In this document: positions 12,684 to 22,549 of the stretch, in pieces
Position numbering within the stretch: the stretch's first letter is position 1
Layout of the letters: each line of letters starts with the position of its first letter
From: Macrostomum lignano
Taxonomy: Eukaryota
Direction of reading: 5' to 3'
Assembly (NCBI GenBank): GCA_002269645.1
Contig: NIVC01000835.1
Location: forward strand, 124,001-188,000
DNA: 64,000 bases
Notes under the pieces: model-generated
Told to the model about the DNA's origin: nothing
The model's database searches: none
What the model saw: the letters and a program-made list of their open reading frames with translations, nothing else
Translations under genes and position numbers: made by a program

Positions 12684-13066
12684 CAGATGTCGGAGCCAGT
12701 AACCTCCTGACCGCCACCGTTGGCCTCGCTGCCAGCGTCGCCAAGTTGGCCAAACAGCGGCAGAAAGATCTGCACGCCACCCAGACTGTGCAGAGTGCTA
12801 AATATAGAATGAGTGCAAACGGACCTGGCCTCGCCAGTCATCAGGGCGTGGCCGCTGTGCACAAACACCGAAGGTTGAAGAGGCTGGCCGCAGACTTTGG
12901 GACTCTGCTCCAGGCACAGCTGACCGTCGCAGGCCACCGGATTATAGGTGAACATGATGGACGAGTGCAGCCGACTGTCCGGCCGGTAGAGTGCGGTCTT
13001 TTGGGCGCCGGACAGGCTGCTCTGGCTGTGCGGACCGGCCTGCTCGGACTCGAACTTGAACTGGCC
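12684..13066 (-). CDS. NBEA: Neurobeachin exon 8 (GQFKFESE...MFTYNPVACDGQLCLEQSPK...HSLGGVQIFLPLFGQL)
   Basis: cttgcag|GGC acceptor, TG|GTGAGA donor (phase 2). Matches NBEA AFTYNPRATDAQLCLESSPK...HSIGGVQVLFPLFAQL. Confidence 0.95.
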
Positions 13067-13100
13067 CTGCAAGAATAGCAAATTCATGCATATAGTCTAG

Positions 13101-13422
13101 CTCAAAGCCTAGTGGTTCGAGCGTCGGACTAGTGACTGAGAGGTCGGGGGTTCGAATCTTGACCAAATCGGAAAAAATGTTGTGTCCTAGAGCAAGACAC
13201 TCAACTCCACAGATTATATTACCTAGATGGGCCACTCCAGCGACCTTGGCGGCAGCGCGAAAACCCCGAAGTTTTGACCATAGACTGTAGCTTCTGCTGC
13301 TCTCAAGGCATTAGCAGCAGCAGCTGGTGTCTGTGGCCCAAACCCCAGGGTTTCGGGGCCTCGGGACGGCCGCTAAAAACATTAGCGAATGCTGGAGTGA
13401 CACATCTGGGTAATAAAGAATC
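13101..13422 (+). mobile_element. tRNA-derived SINE, second family (same type of head and core, different 3' part)
   Basis: GCCTAGTGGTTCGAGCGTCGGAC head, B-box GGTTCGAATC (~13149-13158), TGTGTCCTAGAGCAAGACACTCAAC core. The 3' end is approximate. Confidence 0.7.
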
Positions 13423-13430
13423 TGTGACTC

Positions 13431-13565
13431 AATTCTGCATTGCTTCAGTTCACCCAGCTGTAAAATGGGTGCCAGCATTAGCTGAGATAATTGAGGGTGT
13501 GTGTGGCGACCCCCCAGCACTTGGACTGAACAGCCGTACGCAGCCTTCAGGTGCGCCGTGCAATG
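13431..13565 (+). mobile_element. 5'-truncated copy of the SINE at 8233-8539
   Basis: ctgcattgcttcagttcacccagctgtaaaatgggtgccagca...ggactgaacagccgtacgcagccttcag is near-identical to the reverse complement of ~8310-8430. Confidence 0.85.
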
Positions 13566-13614
13566 TATGCATGTTGACGGCTTTTCTCGGCAGCAATCGC
13601 ACTAAGCTGAAGCG

Positions 13615-13915
13615 CCCTTTTGTCTATGGTTGGGATAGCGCAATCTGTATTCAGTATTGTTCCCTTTTGTCTATGGTTGGGATAGCGCAATCTGTATTCA
13701 GTATTGTTCCCTTTTGTCTATGGTTGGGATAGCGCAATCTGTATTCAGTATTGTTCCCTTTTGTCTATGGTTGGGATAGCGCAATCTGTATTCAGTATTG
13801 TTCCCTTTTGTCTATGGTTGGAATAGCGCAATCTGTATTCAGTATTGTTCCCTTTTGTCTATGGTTGGGATAGCGCAATCTGTATTCAGTATTGTTCCCT
13901 TTTGTCTATGGTTGG
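13615..13915. repeat. 47-bp minisatellite ccttttgtctatggttgggatagcgcaatctgtattcagtattgttc (~6 copies)
   Basis: Period 47 (13621 to 13668). Confidence 0.92.
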
Positions 13916-14069
13916 GTAGAGCAGGTGTAATAAAAACGTCTAGCTTATACTATTTAGTTACAAGCCGAATTGTCTATGGTCTAGAACGCGTGTACAATTT
14001 TTAATCCAGACAAATTAAAAACCTACTCGTGGACTAATTATCGAGTAAGTAAACAATGATTTGTCAAAC

Positions 14070-14216
14070 CTTGTACGCCGGACCCAGGGCAAACACTCCG
14101 GCAATCTGTTGCGGACTGAGCGCCTCGGCGAATCCGTAGATGGAGCTGATCTGGCCGGAGAACATGCAGTCGGCTTCTGATCTGGACGCTGAGCCGATGA
14201 AGCACCGGTCGAATGG
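14070..14216 (-). CDS. NBEA: Neurobeachin exon 7 (PFDRCFIGSASRSEADCMFSGQISSIYGFAEALSPQQIAGVFALGPAYK)
   Basis: cttgtag|CCA acceptor, AAG|GTTTGA donor, 147 nt. Matches NBEA FDKCFLGS...FCGQM..VYLFSEAL...YQLGLGYK. Confidence 0.93.
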
Positions 14217-14380
14217 CTACAAGAGGAATTTGATTTTTTTGAGCTACTCAGCACTGCATCTGGAATGCTTGCTGTGGCCCACCAACTCAGGATCTGCGAA
14301 TCTGAGAACCCGAATTGAAGAAAATTCAATTAAACTTAAATGTTGGTTGCAGCAGAAGCAGACAGAATACTATTCAACAG

Positions 14381-14434
14381 GCAGACAGACAGACAGACAC
14401 TAAGACGGACAGACAGACAGACAGACAGACACTA

Positions 14435-14491
<57 letters not shown>

Positions 14492-14551
14492 GGCAGACAG
14501 ACAGACAGACACTAAGACGGACAGACAGACAGAAACAGACAGACAGGCAGG

Positions 14552-14597
<46 letters not shown>

Positions 14598-14600
14598 GCA
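14381..14600. repeat. (GACA)n microsatellite
   Basis: Direct reading. Confidence 0.92.
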
Positions 14601-15290
14601 CGGATTGCTCTATTAGTTGCAAAATATTGGCGACGCCCACGCATCCCCTGCCCTCCCCAGAGCCATCAGATGCCCGGCCCGAGCATGCCAGGGCCTGGCA
14701 GAGAGCACAACACTGGTAGTCGAGAGGCCGAGGCGAGGCAGCGCACAGGCGCAGCTCTGGCAGAGATTTATTCGCCAGATAGTTAATCCCATTTCTCCAG
14801 TCCCTTTTCCCCTTCCCTCTCTCCCTCTCTCTATTGAGGATTGGACCATCCTATTCGGAATTCTCGCACCCAGCCCGCTAGTCCCAGTTGGAAATCTCAT
14901 TAGAGCCATTCTTCTCGGTCTCCCTTAGACTGTTATACCCAGCCTCGTCGGGGCATAATGCTGCTCATTGCTCACTGGTAGACCGAGTGAGTGCACGCAA
15001 GACTAGCCATGGAGATCTAATTTAGACTTGCTTATATAGAATCTGGAGTGGAAAATGACTTAAGCCTACTTAGTTTATCGGGAGCTTCCGGCCGGCTATT
15101 GCATACTAACCGCTACCAACTGAGCTTAACTTAAAGGGAGTATTTGCGGAGAAACTGCGCCAAACCATTGCTAAGCTAGGTTTTTAAAGTTGGCAGAGTG
15201 TATGAAAAGATGCAGTTAATTGTTCGTTTTCCAACTCAAACATTGCATTCTCATCTTCAGACGGTGCACCACAAGCCCCAAATGAATGCA

Positions 15291-15360
15291 GCCGCTCACG
15301 GGGAATCGAACCCAGGTTCCTTAGCGTCGAGAGAGTCAGGCGTTGCAACTACTGAGCTAC
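15291..15360 (-). mobile_element. tRNA-like SINE head or tRNA pseudogene
   Basis: Minus strand GTAGCTCAGTAG...GGGTTCGATTCCCC (A and B boxes); no convincing cloverleaf. Confidence 0.55.
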
Positions 15361-15934
15361 TCTGCCCCCTAAGAGAATGTCAGAGAAATTCTCACTTGCT
15401 GTAATACGTACAGATAGTTGGTTTCCAAATCCAGGATCTAGAACTCCTTGTGACGAACCAACCAACCCGACGAGAGAGAAGCGGCCGGGGGACCCCGAGT
15501 GACCCGATTAGCCTCTGGCTTGCAGCTTTGCATCGCCTTGCCCCAACCAACTAACTGACCGTTGCGAGTGGGCCATTGGAGTTCAAGACTAGGGGGTGGG
15601 GAAGAATATCCCAAAGTAGCCAGCAGATCTTCTGGTCAAGGAATAGAGGGAGGGAGGGAGGGAGGGGACGAGATACTGGATGGACAGAGGAAAGAGGAAC
15701 TGGGTCTGAAGAAGCTCCGAGTGAGCACAGCTCACTGAGTCAGCCTCGGCCATACCAGACTGGGACTGATAGCTTATCGACTGCAATGCAGCTGTGCGTA
15801 CGAACTATGAACAGCAGCACGGGGCCGAGAAAAAAGTTTACGGCGAGACGACATTGGCGCCAGCGACATTGATTAAGTTTTGTCATGCTCTCACACACGC
15901 TTTCAGTCATTTCGCGCCAAATCGAAAATCCTAG

Positions 15935-16848
15935 GTTCGGCGCCAAATCTATAACCCCAAGTTTGGCGCCAAATCTATAACCCCAAGTTTGGCGCCAAAT
16001 CTATAACCCCATGCTCGACGCCAAATCTATAACCCCATGCTCGGCGCCAAATCTATAACCCCAAGTTTGGCGCCAAATCTATAACCCCAAGTTTGGCGCC
16101 AAATCTATAACCCCAAGTTTGGCGCCAAATCTATAACCCCAAGTTTGGCGCCAAATCTATAACCCCAAGTTTGGCGCCAAATCTATAACCCCAAGTTTGG
16201 CGTCAAATCTATAACCCCAAGTTTGGCGCCAAATCTATAACCCCAAGTTTGGCGCCAAATCTATAACCCCAAGTTTGGCGCCAAATCTATAACCCCAAGT
16301 TTGGCGCCAAATCTATAACCCCAAGTTTGGCGTCAAATCTATAACCCCAAGTTTGGCGCCAAATCTATAATCCCATGCTCGGCGCCAAATATATAACCCC
16401 AAGTTTGACGCCAAATCTATAACCCCCTGCTTGGCGCCAAATATACAACCCCAAGTTTGGCGCCAAATCTATAACTCCATGCTCGGAGCCAAATCTATAA
16501 TCATAAATTTGACGCAATCGATAACCCCAAATCTGTAATCTCAAGTCTGGTGCAAAATCTACAACCTCATGCTTGGCGCCAAATATATAACTCCAAGTCT
16601 GGCGCGAAATCTATAACCCCAAGTTTGGCGCCAAATCTAAAACCCCAAGTCTGGCGCCAAATCTATTACTCCAAGTCTGGCGCCAAATCTATAATCATAA
16701 ATTTGACGCCAAATCGATAACCCCAAAATTTGGCGCCAAATTTGTAACCCCAAGTCTGGAGCAATATCTATAACCTTAAGCTTGGCGCCAAATAGATAAA
16801 TCCTGGTTTAGCACCGAATCGGTAATTCCCTAGTTTGGCGCCAAATAG
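15935..16848. repeat. 26-bp minisatellite ggcgccaaatctataaccccaagttt (~35 copies), containing the palindrome TTTGGCGCCAAA
   Basis: Period 26; homogeneous centre with diverged edges. Confidence 0.95.
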
Positions 16849-16859
16849 ACAAAACTCAC

Positions 16860-17106
16860 CTCGTTAGTATTAACAACCCAGGACAATTCGGTTTGAGTAA
16901 CCAGTGTGCCATTAACGTAGGTTCGAATCTCCGACTTGCTCCACCGATTGTACACGAACACAACGGTGAGCATGTGCCACTTTCTAGGCACAAAATCGTA
17001 TCGAATGGAATGCTGGAAACCTTTGCCTTTCACTTTCATCACCGTTATAATCAAAGCGTTGCCAATGAAATGCCCGGAATAGCCCATGCCTTTGTCGGTG
17101 CGGAAG
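16860..17106 (-). CDS. NBEA: Neurobeachin exon 6 (CFRTDKGMGYSGHFIGNALIITVMKVKGKGFQH...WVVNTNE)
   Basis: ctttcag|C completes Cys; GAG|GTGAGT donor. Matches NBEA CFRTSKGLGYSAHFVGGCL...KGKGFQH. Confidence 0.95.
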
Positions 17107-17390
17107 CTGAAAGAGTAGGAATTTTGGAATTATTATTGATATTATGCAAATGGGATTAACAGTAGGAGACTGAAGCTAATTCATCCGACAATATCAATCA
17201 AGCAGTCAGGCCCAGTCAGCTGACTCCTGAGCACACACAAGCGCGCCAATGCTGTAAGCAGGCACTCATGCACACGCTCACACAGCGTGTACATCGGCCC
17301 TGACTGTCTAATCGTCACACACGAAATCGAAGCACGGGTCGCGGCGCGAGAGTCGGACTCGTTCACCGCTGAGCTTAAGCAGTTACTAAC

Positions 17391-17512
17391 CAAAACAAAT
17401 GCGGCTTGTCCCGCTCCACAGAGCTGTCAGACGGTGGATCCGTGTAGAACCAGCAGTGAAAAGTCCAGCCATTTTGATAAGGCCACTTGGATATGGGCGG
17501 GATGCTGATGGC
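17391..17512 (-). CDS. NBEA: Neurobeachin exon 5 (AISIPPISKWPYQNGWTFHCWF...DKPHLF), start of ConA-like domain
   Basis: ctgcag|GCC acceptor, TG|GTTAGT donor (phase 2). Matches NBEA [21 protein letters not shown]. Confidence 0.95.
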
Positions 17513-17599
17513 CTGCAGTGCGGAGGAACTGAAGCTTAGTCTGATGAAGCCAAACGCGCTCAAAATTCACGCGAGTGACACTATAGTTGTAGAGATTAC

Positions 17600-18027
17600 G
17601 GGGGCATTGCTGAGATGTCAAGGCTTACGGGGGAATTGCTGAGATGTCAAGGCTTACGGGGGAATTGCTGAGATGTCAAGGCTTACTCGGGGGGGGGGGG
17701 GAATTGCTGAGATGTCAAGGCTTACTCGGGGGGAATTGCTGAGATGTCAAGGCTTACGGGGGAATTGCTGAGATGTCAAGGCTTACGGGGGAATTGCTGA
17801 GATGGCAAGGCTTACTGGGGGGAATTGCTGAGATGTCAAGGCTTACTGGGGGGAATTGCTGAGATATCAAGGCTTACGGGAGAATTGCTGAGATGTCAAG
17901 GCTTACTGGGGGGGATTGCTGAGATGTCAAGGCTTACGGGAGAATTGCTGAGATGTCAAGGCTTACTGGGGAGAATTGCTGAGATGTCAAGGCTTACTGG
18001 GGAGAATTGCTGAGATGTCAAGGCTTA
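17600..18027. repeat. ~29-31-bp minisatellite gggggaattgctgagatgtcaaggcttac (TTGCTGAGATG family)
   Basis: Direct reading. Confidence 0.92.
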
Positions 18028-18281
18028 GGTCAGAAGCTACGTGTAGTTTATTCAAAAAAATTATTGCATTCTTTGTTTGCTCCGAAACGGGGGGCGCTGG
18101 TTGCTAGTAAAATGCTAAAAATTGATACCCAACTGACACTAGAAGTGAAGCTAAAACTGACACTAAGCAGACACTAAACTGGCACTAACAGATACAGTTA
18201 CTCACAATTAGTAGATAAATTTAGTATACAGGAAATCCTATCTCTCCAGAGTCCAAAAGAAACAAAAACAAGCCCACTTAC

Positions 18282-18377
18282 GGATCCCTTCTTGCCGGGG
18301 AAGCTGAAAAACTCGTCCGGCCCAGTTCGAGCTGTCAATTGCCGCAGGATGCCCAGCAGCTTGACATAGTGAGAATT
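18282..18377 (-). CDS. NBEA: Neurobeachin exon 4 ([32 protein letters not shown])
   Basis: ccgcag|AAT acceptor, TCC|GTAAGT donor, 96 nt. Matches NBEA KLLSVLKHMPQKYGPDAFFNFPGK. Not in the ORF track; read manually. Confidence 0.93.
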
Positions 18378-18749
18378 CTGCGGAATGTGTTGAATAAACT
18401 ACCGATATGTAATGTAAGCAACTTTATACTGGTTTTTTGTTTCAAAAGAAAAAAGCGAGTGAAACTACAAGGTTAAATGGTTTTTCTAAGCCTTTTTATC
18501 ACGAGTAGGTACACTGACGCATTGATTAAGGATTGAATAGACTACCGATATGTAGTGTAGATAACTTTAATACGGGTTTCCCTAATGCATCAGAGTACAG
18601 AGGCGAAAAACAAAAAAGTCCAATTGGTTACCCGCGCCTTTAAGTCACAACTGGTCACTAGTAGAGTCAATAGTCATAACTCAGTCAACTACCGATATGT
18701 ACCGTAAATAACTTAACAAAGAATAGCGTAGATTTCTCCAAAATCTTAC

Positions 18750-18980
18750 CAAAACACCATTCTTAGCTTTGAGCAGACCGAACAGCAATTTGAACTCTTT
18801 AACCGACACTGAGAAGCTGACTAAGCATTCGATAATGTCAATTAGGAAGTCGGCCAGAGGACCGGAGCCGGCGCTGGGCAGTCGGGCAACCGCCTGTTGA
18901 ATTAAGCCGGCCTCGCAGCAGACCATCAGGCTGCGCTTGTTCTTGCGCAGGATGGCGGCCAGGGTGCCCCAGACCTCCGA
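18750..18980 (-). CDS. NBEA: Neurobeachin exon 3 (SEVWGTLAAILRKNKRSLMVCCEAGL...KAKNGVL)
   Basis: ctgcag|TCG acceptor, TTG|GTAAGA donor, 231 nt. Matches NBEA [26 protein letters not shown]. Confidence 0.93.
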
Positions 18981-19084
18981 CTGCAGGCAGAATTGACGTT
19001 TTGAGATTACTAATAATACAATGGTTGTTATAAATGGATAATGGCTTGGATTGGATCAGCGGCTAATGAGATCATCTTCGAAAG

Positions 19085-19460
19085 GATCCATCCATAGGGG
19101 TCACTTGACCTCCCTAAAATAACCTCTAAAAGAATCCATAGGGGTCACTTGACCTCCCTAAAATAACCTCTAAAAGAATCCATAGGGGTCACTTGACCTC
19201 CCTAAAATAACCTCTAAAAGAATCCATAGGGGTCACTTGACCTCCCTAAAATAACCTCTAAAAGAATCCATAGGGGTCACTTGACCTTTCTAAAAATAAC
19301 TTTGAAAGGATCCATAGAATTCATTTGACCTCCCTAGAAATATCTTCCAAAAAAATCCATAGGGGTCATTTGACCTCCCTAGAAATATCTTCGTAAAGAT
19401 CCCTAAGAATTATTTTACCAACATTTAAATAGATTCCTAGGGGTCACTTGTCCCCTCCCT
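19085..19460. repeat. 44-bp minisatellite ccataggggtcacttgacctccctaaaataacctctaaaagaat (NBEA intron 2)
   Basis: Period 44 (19092 to 19136); copies decay rightwards. Confidence 0.9.
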
Positions 19461-19589
19461 AAAAACGTTATCTCAATTTCTATTCATAGCACAACCATAC
19501 AAGTAAGCTATTGTCACATCACAGCCCAAGGATATTACATAATTTGTAATCATAACAATAATTCTGTTATACATAAATTCTGAACCAAC

Positions 19590-19694
19590 CTGAATCTGTT
19601 GCGAGCAAAGATCGATAATTTCTAGCGCCGGCGGAATCACGTCGGGCCCGGATATTACAAAATTGTTCTCCTGATCGAACGGGCCGCCAACCAT
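19590..19694 (-). CDS. NBEA: Neurobeachin exon 2 (MVGGPFDQENNFVISGPDVIPPALEIIDLCSQQIQ)
   Basis: Acceptor tttccag|ATG, donor CAG|GTTGGT, 105 nt. Homologous to NBEA LVGGQFDLEMNFII...CQ. Confidence 0.9.
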
Positions 19695-19989
19695 CTGGAA
19701 ATTGTCATTCATTATAATAATCTAACATTATTTGAATCAAAAGTCTATTGAAAAACATTAACAAAATTAAAATAACTCTAGATTGAAACTCTAGATAGAT
19801 ATCACTAGATATCAGTAGAGCTATAAGAAAGCAAAACATAGCAAAAGATGAACAACGGGTCTGCCTGCCTTTCAAAAGCAATGACAATTTTCGTGCTGAA
19901 AAATGAGACTATCCCTATATCCGCTGTTTCGAAGAAACCTGACTCCTAAAATTTTCCAAGAAACGAGGTTTCCCGGACTACTTGAGTAG

Positions 19990-20490
19990 TCCTTGCCTTC
20001 CGGCTGGCAACCTTCTGGCTGGCAACCTTCGAGCTGGCAACCTTCTGGCTGGCAACCTTCTGGCTGGCAACTTTCTGGGCGGCAACCTTCCGGCTGGCAA
20101 CCTTCCGGCTGGCAACCTTCCGGCTGGCAACCTTCCGGCTGGCAACCTTCCGGCTGGCAACCTTCCGGCTGGCAACCTTCCGGCTGGCAACCTTCCGGCT
20201 GGCAACCTTCCGGCTGGCAACCTTCCGGCTGGCAACCTTCTGGCTGGCAACTTTCTGGGCGGCAACCTTCCGGCTGGCAACCTTCCGGCTGGCAACCTTC
20301 CGGCTGGCAACCTTCCGGCTGGCAACCTTCCGGCTGGCAACCTTCCGGCTGGCAACCTTCCGGCTGGCAACCTTCCGGCTGGCAACCTTCCGGCTGGCAA
20401 CCTTCCGGCTGGCAACCTTCCGGCTGGCAACCTTCCGGCTGGCAACCTTCCGGCTGGCAATGTTCCGGCTGGCAACCTTCCAGCTGGCAA
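19990..20490. repeat. 15-bp minisatellite ggctggcaaccttcc (~33 copies, NBEA intron 1)
   Basis: Direct reading; source of the ORFs at 19978-21298. Confidence 0.95.
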
Positions 20491-20590
20491 AGTTCGTAGA
20501 CCCGACGCGTTAATCCGCTGGGCTAATCTGCCCCCCCCTACAACACACCAGCAAAGCGCCGTCAACACAATGCCGCTGCCCCGAGCTCAC

Positions 20591-21205
20591 CAAAAAGAAC
20601 AGATTCTCCACAACAAACTGCCCAGTGACAGCCGGTTCAGCTTTAACCCGTTCCAACAGCGCGGCGAAGCCTTCGCTAATCCGAGTCTCGCTGTTAAACA
20701 GCAGCTGGCACCGGTTGGCCGAGGCGGCTTTTTTCTCCTTGCCTGGCGCGCCTGCGGCTCGGACCGGCGCCTGCAGCGGCGGCGGCATCGGCGCGGTCAC
20801 CTCGTTGGTCGGCCGCTCCTCGGCGTCCGTAGCTTCGGTGTCCTCGACATCGCCAGCGGCACCTGCGATTGCCGCTGTTGTTGTTGTCGATTGTGGCGAC
20901 GGGCTGATAGTGTCGGAACGCCCGTTGGTCATCGGCTCCTGCTGAGATGCTTCATCTTCATCATTTGCTTCTACTGTCGGTTCAGCTTCTTCTTCCACGT
21001 GCCTATTAGCGTCTTCTTCGGCGTTTTCGTCACCGTAGTCGTCGTTGTCGTCGTCAACCTGCTCTCCTTCGTCGGGATTCTCGCCGGTAGTCTCCGATTC
21101 CACGATTGCCTCCTGTTGTTGCTGGGCGGCCTCGTCAGCTGCTGCATCATCCTCGGTGCCAGCTTCGATTTCCTGCTGGATCGAATTCTCAGCCTCGTCA
21201 GACAT
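20591..21205 (-). CDS. NBEA: Neurobeachin/LRBA-like gene, coding exon 1 (205 aa; acidic low-complexity N-terminus ending ...FVVENLFFL)
   Basis: ATG at 21205-21203. Donor TTG|GTGAGC at 20591/20590, phase 0. Joins in frame to MVGGPFDQENNF, matching the NBEA motif FNLLVGGQFDLEMNF. Confidence 0.85.
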
Positions 21206-21237
21206 TGTCTCACCCTTGTCTGTCCCGAGATTCGGTG

Positions 21238-21256
21238 CTGGGATTTGAAAATAAAA
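21238..21256 (-). promoter_or_regulatory. 3' splice acceptor (cis or spliced-leader trans) 32 nt upstream of the NBEA ATG
   Basis: Minus strand ttttattttcaaatcccag|caccg... just before the ATG; no upstream coding exon seen. Confidence 0.5.
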
Positions 21257-21994
21257 CCCTCTCGCTATGGATTAAGGACGATTAAGGGGGAGGGTTAGCG
21301 ATTTGGTCTTGTTTGCCTTCAACTGTGTCGCTGCTTGACTGATTGTGTCATGAACAATTATGGATGTTCGAGTATTAGCTCGTATTTAGGAAATGGTCGG
21401 CATTTTCGACAACAAATAACCAACTTGGCATATTTTAGCTTGCAAAGAACAACTAAACTGGAAGGAATTTGATTTGTATACTAATCCTTTTCACCTTAAT
21501 ATCCACAGTGTAATCAGCTATGTACTTACTTAGCTTCTAATTTTAGCTGTCTTGTGATATTTTCTTACATTATATAAAATTTCAAGCATTAGGAAATAAA
21601 GTTTATTTAGAAATCTTCATTCCCCTTTAGGTTATTTACCAATTGTTAAGCAAGCCACTTGATAGATATTACTAAAATTTAAAATCATTTTAACTTTTGG
21701 TAAAATAGATAAATACAGACTTTATATGTATAAATATCTAATATATAATATCTATAAATAAAAAATAGACAGTAACTAGCAATCTAGTGCGGCCCCCCTT
21801 CGGGGCGCCCAATAAGAAAAGAGCAAAAATAGTTCATGGAAAACAATAAAAAAACACATTTTCTTAAACACTAATTCCTTCTTCACATTTTAAAAATCAC
21901 CTTATTCGTGTAAAATTGTCACGGACTAAGATGTTTGCAAAATTAAAAAATCACTTTTTCTCTAAAATTAACAAACAGTCAACAAAATATTGTT

Positions 21995-22435
21995 TCCCTA
22001 AATAGAAAATATTTCCAAGACAGCAAGCAACCCCCTCCAAAAGTGAACAATCGCAGATAGCAAGCATCCTCTAATGCTCATAGCAAGAATCACCACAGAT
22101 AGCAAGCATCTGCAGATTAGCAAGCACCCCCCAGATATTATAGAAGCATCCACCCAGATAGCAAGCATTCTGCAGATAGCAAGCACCCCCAGATATTATA
22201 GAAGCATTCTGCAGATAGCAAGCACCCCCCAGATATTATAGAAGCATCCACCCAGATAGCAAGCATCCTGCAGATAGCAAGAATCCCTAAATAGCAAGCA
22301 TCCTGCAGATAGCAAGAATCCCTGAATAGCAAGCATCCCTGGATAGAAAGAATCCCATGCATGTAGCCAGTACCCCCTCTCCCAAATAGCAAGTATCCCC
22401 CTCGAGAGCAAGCATCCACGAGACAGCAAGTAGCT
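21995..22435. repeat. Diverged ~20-bp repeat with core gatagcaagcatcc
   Basis: Repeated atagcaag(c/a)at motifs. Confidence 0.8.
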
Positions 22436-22549
22436 AGTGCAAATGTTACTTCCGCTAATGCAATAATCGCTTTCTCAGGTTGTGCAACAATCCACGTCTC
22501 AGCGAGCGCAATAATCTCTTTTTTAGACAGCGCAGTAATCAGCTTCTCA

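Noticed and set aside
5485-13078. Plus-strand ORFs 5485-5679, 5683-5874, 9860-10201 and 12746-13078
   Set aside because: Antisense shadows of NBEA exons.
8440-15360. tRNA genes at ~8470-8539, 13101-13160 and 15291-15360
   Set aside because: A/B boxes are present, but acceptor and anticodon stems do not form. Two continue into SINE core sequence, so they are treated as SINE heads.
19978-21298. ORFs 19982-21298(+), 19978-20568(-), 19993-20499(+), 20625-20945(+), 20971-21213(-)
   Set aside because: They are 15-bp repeat translations or shadow frames of GC-rich NBEA exon 1.
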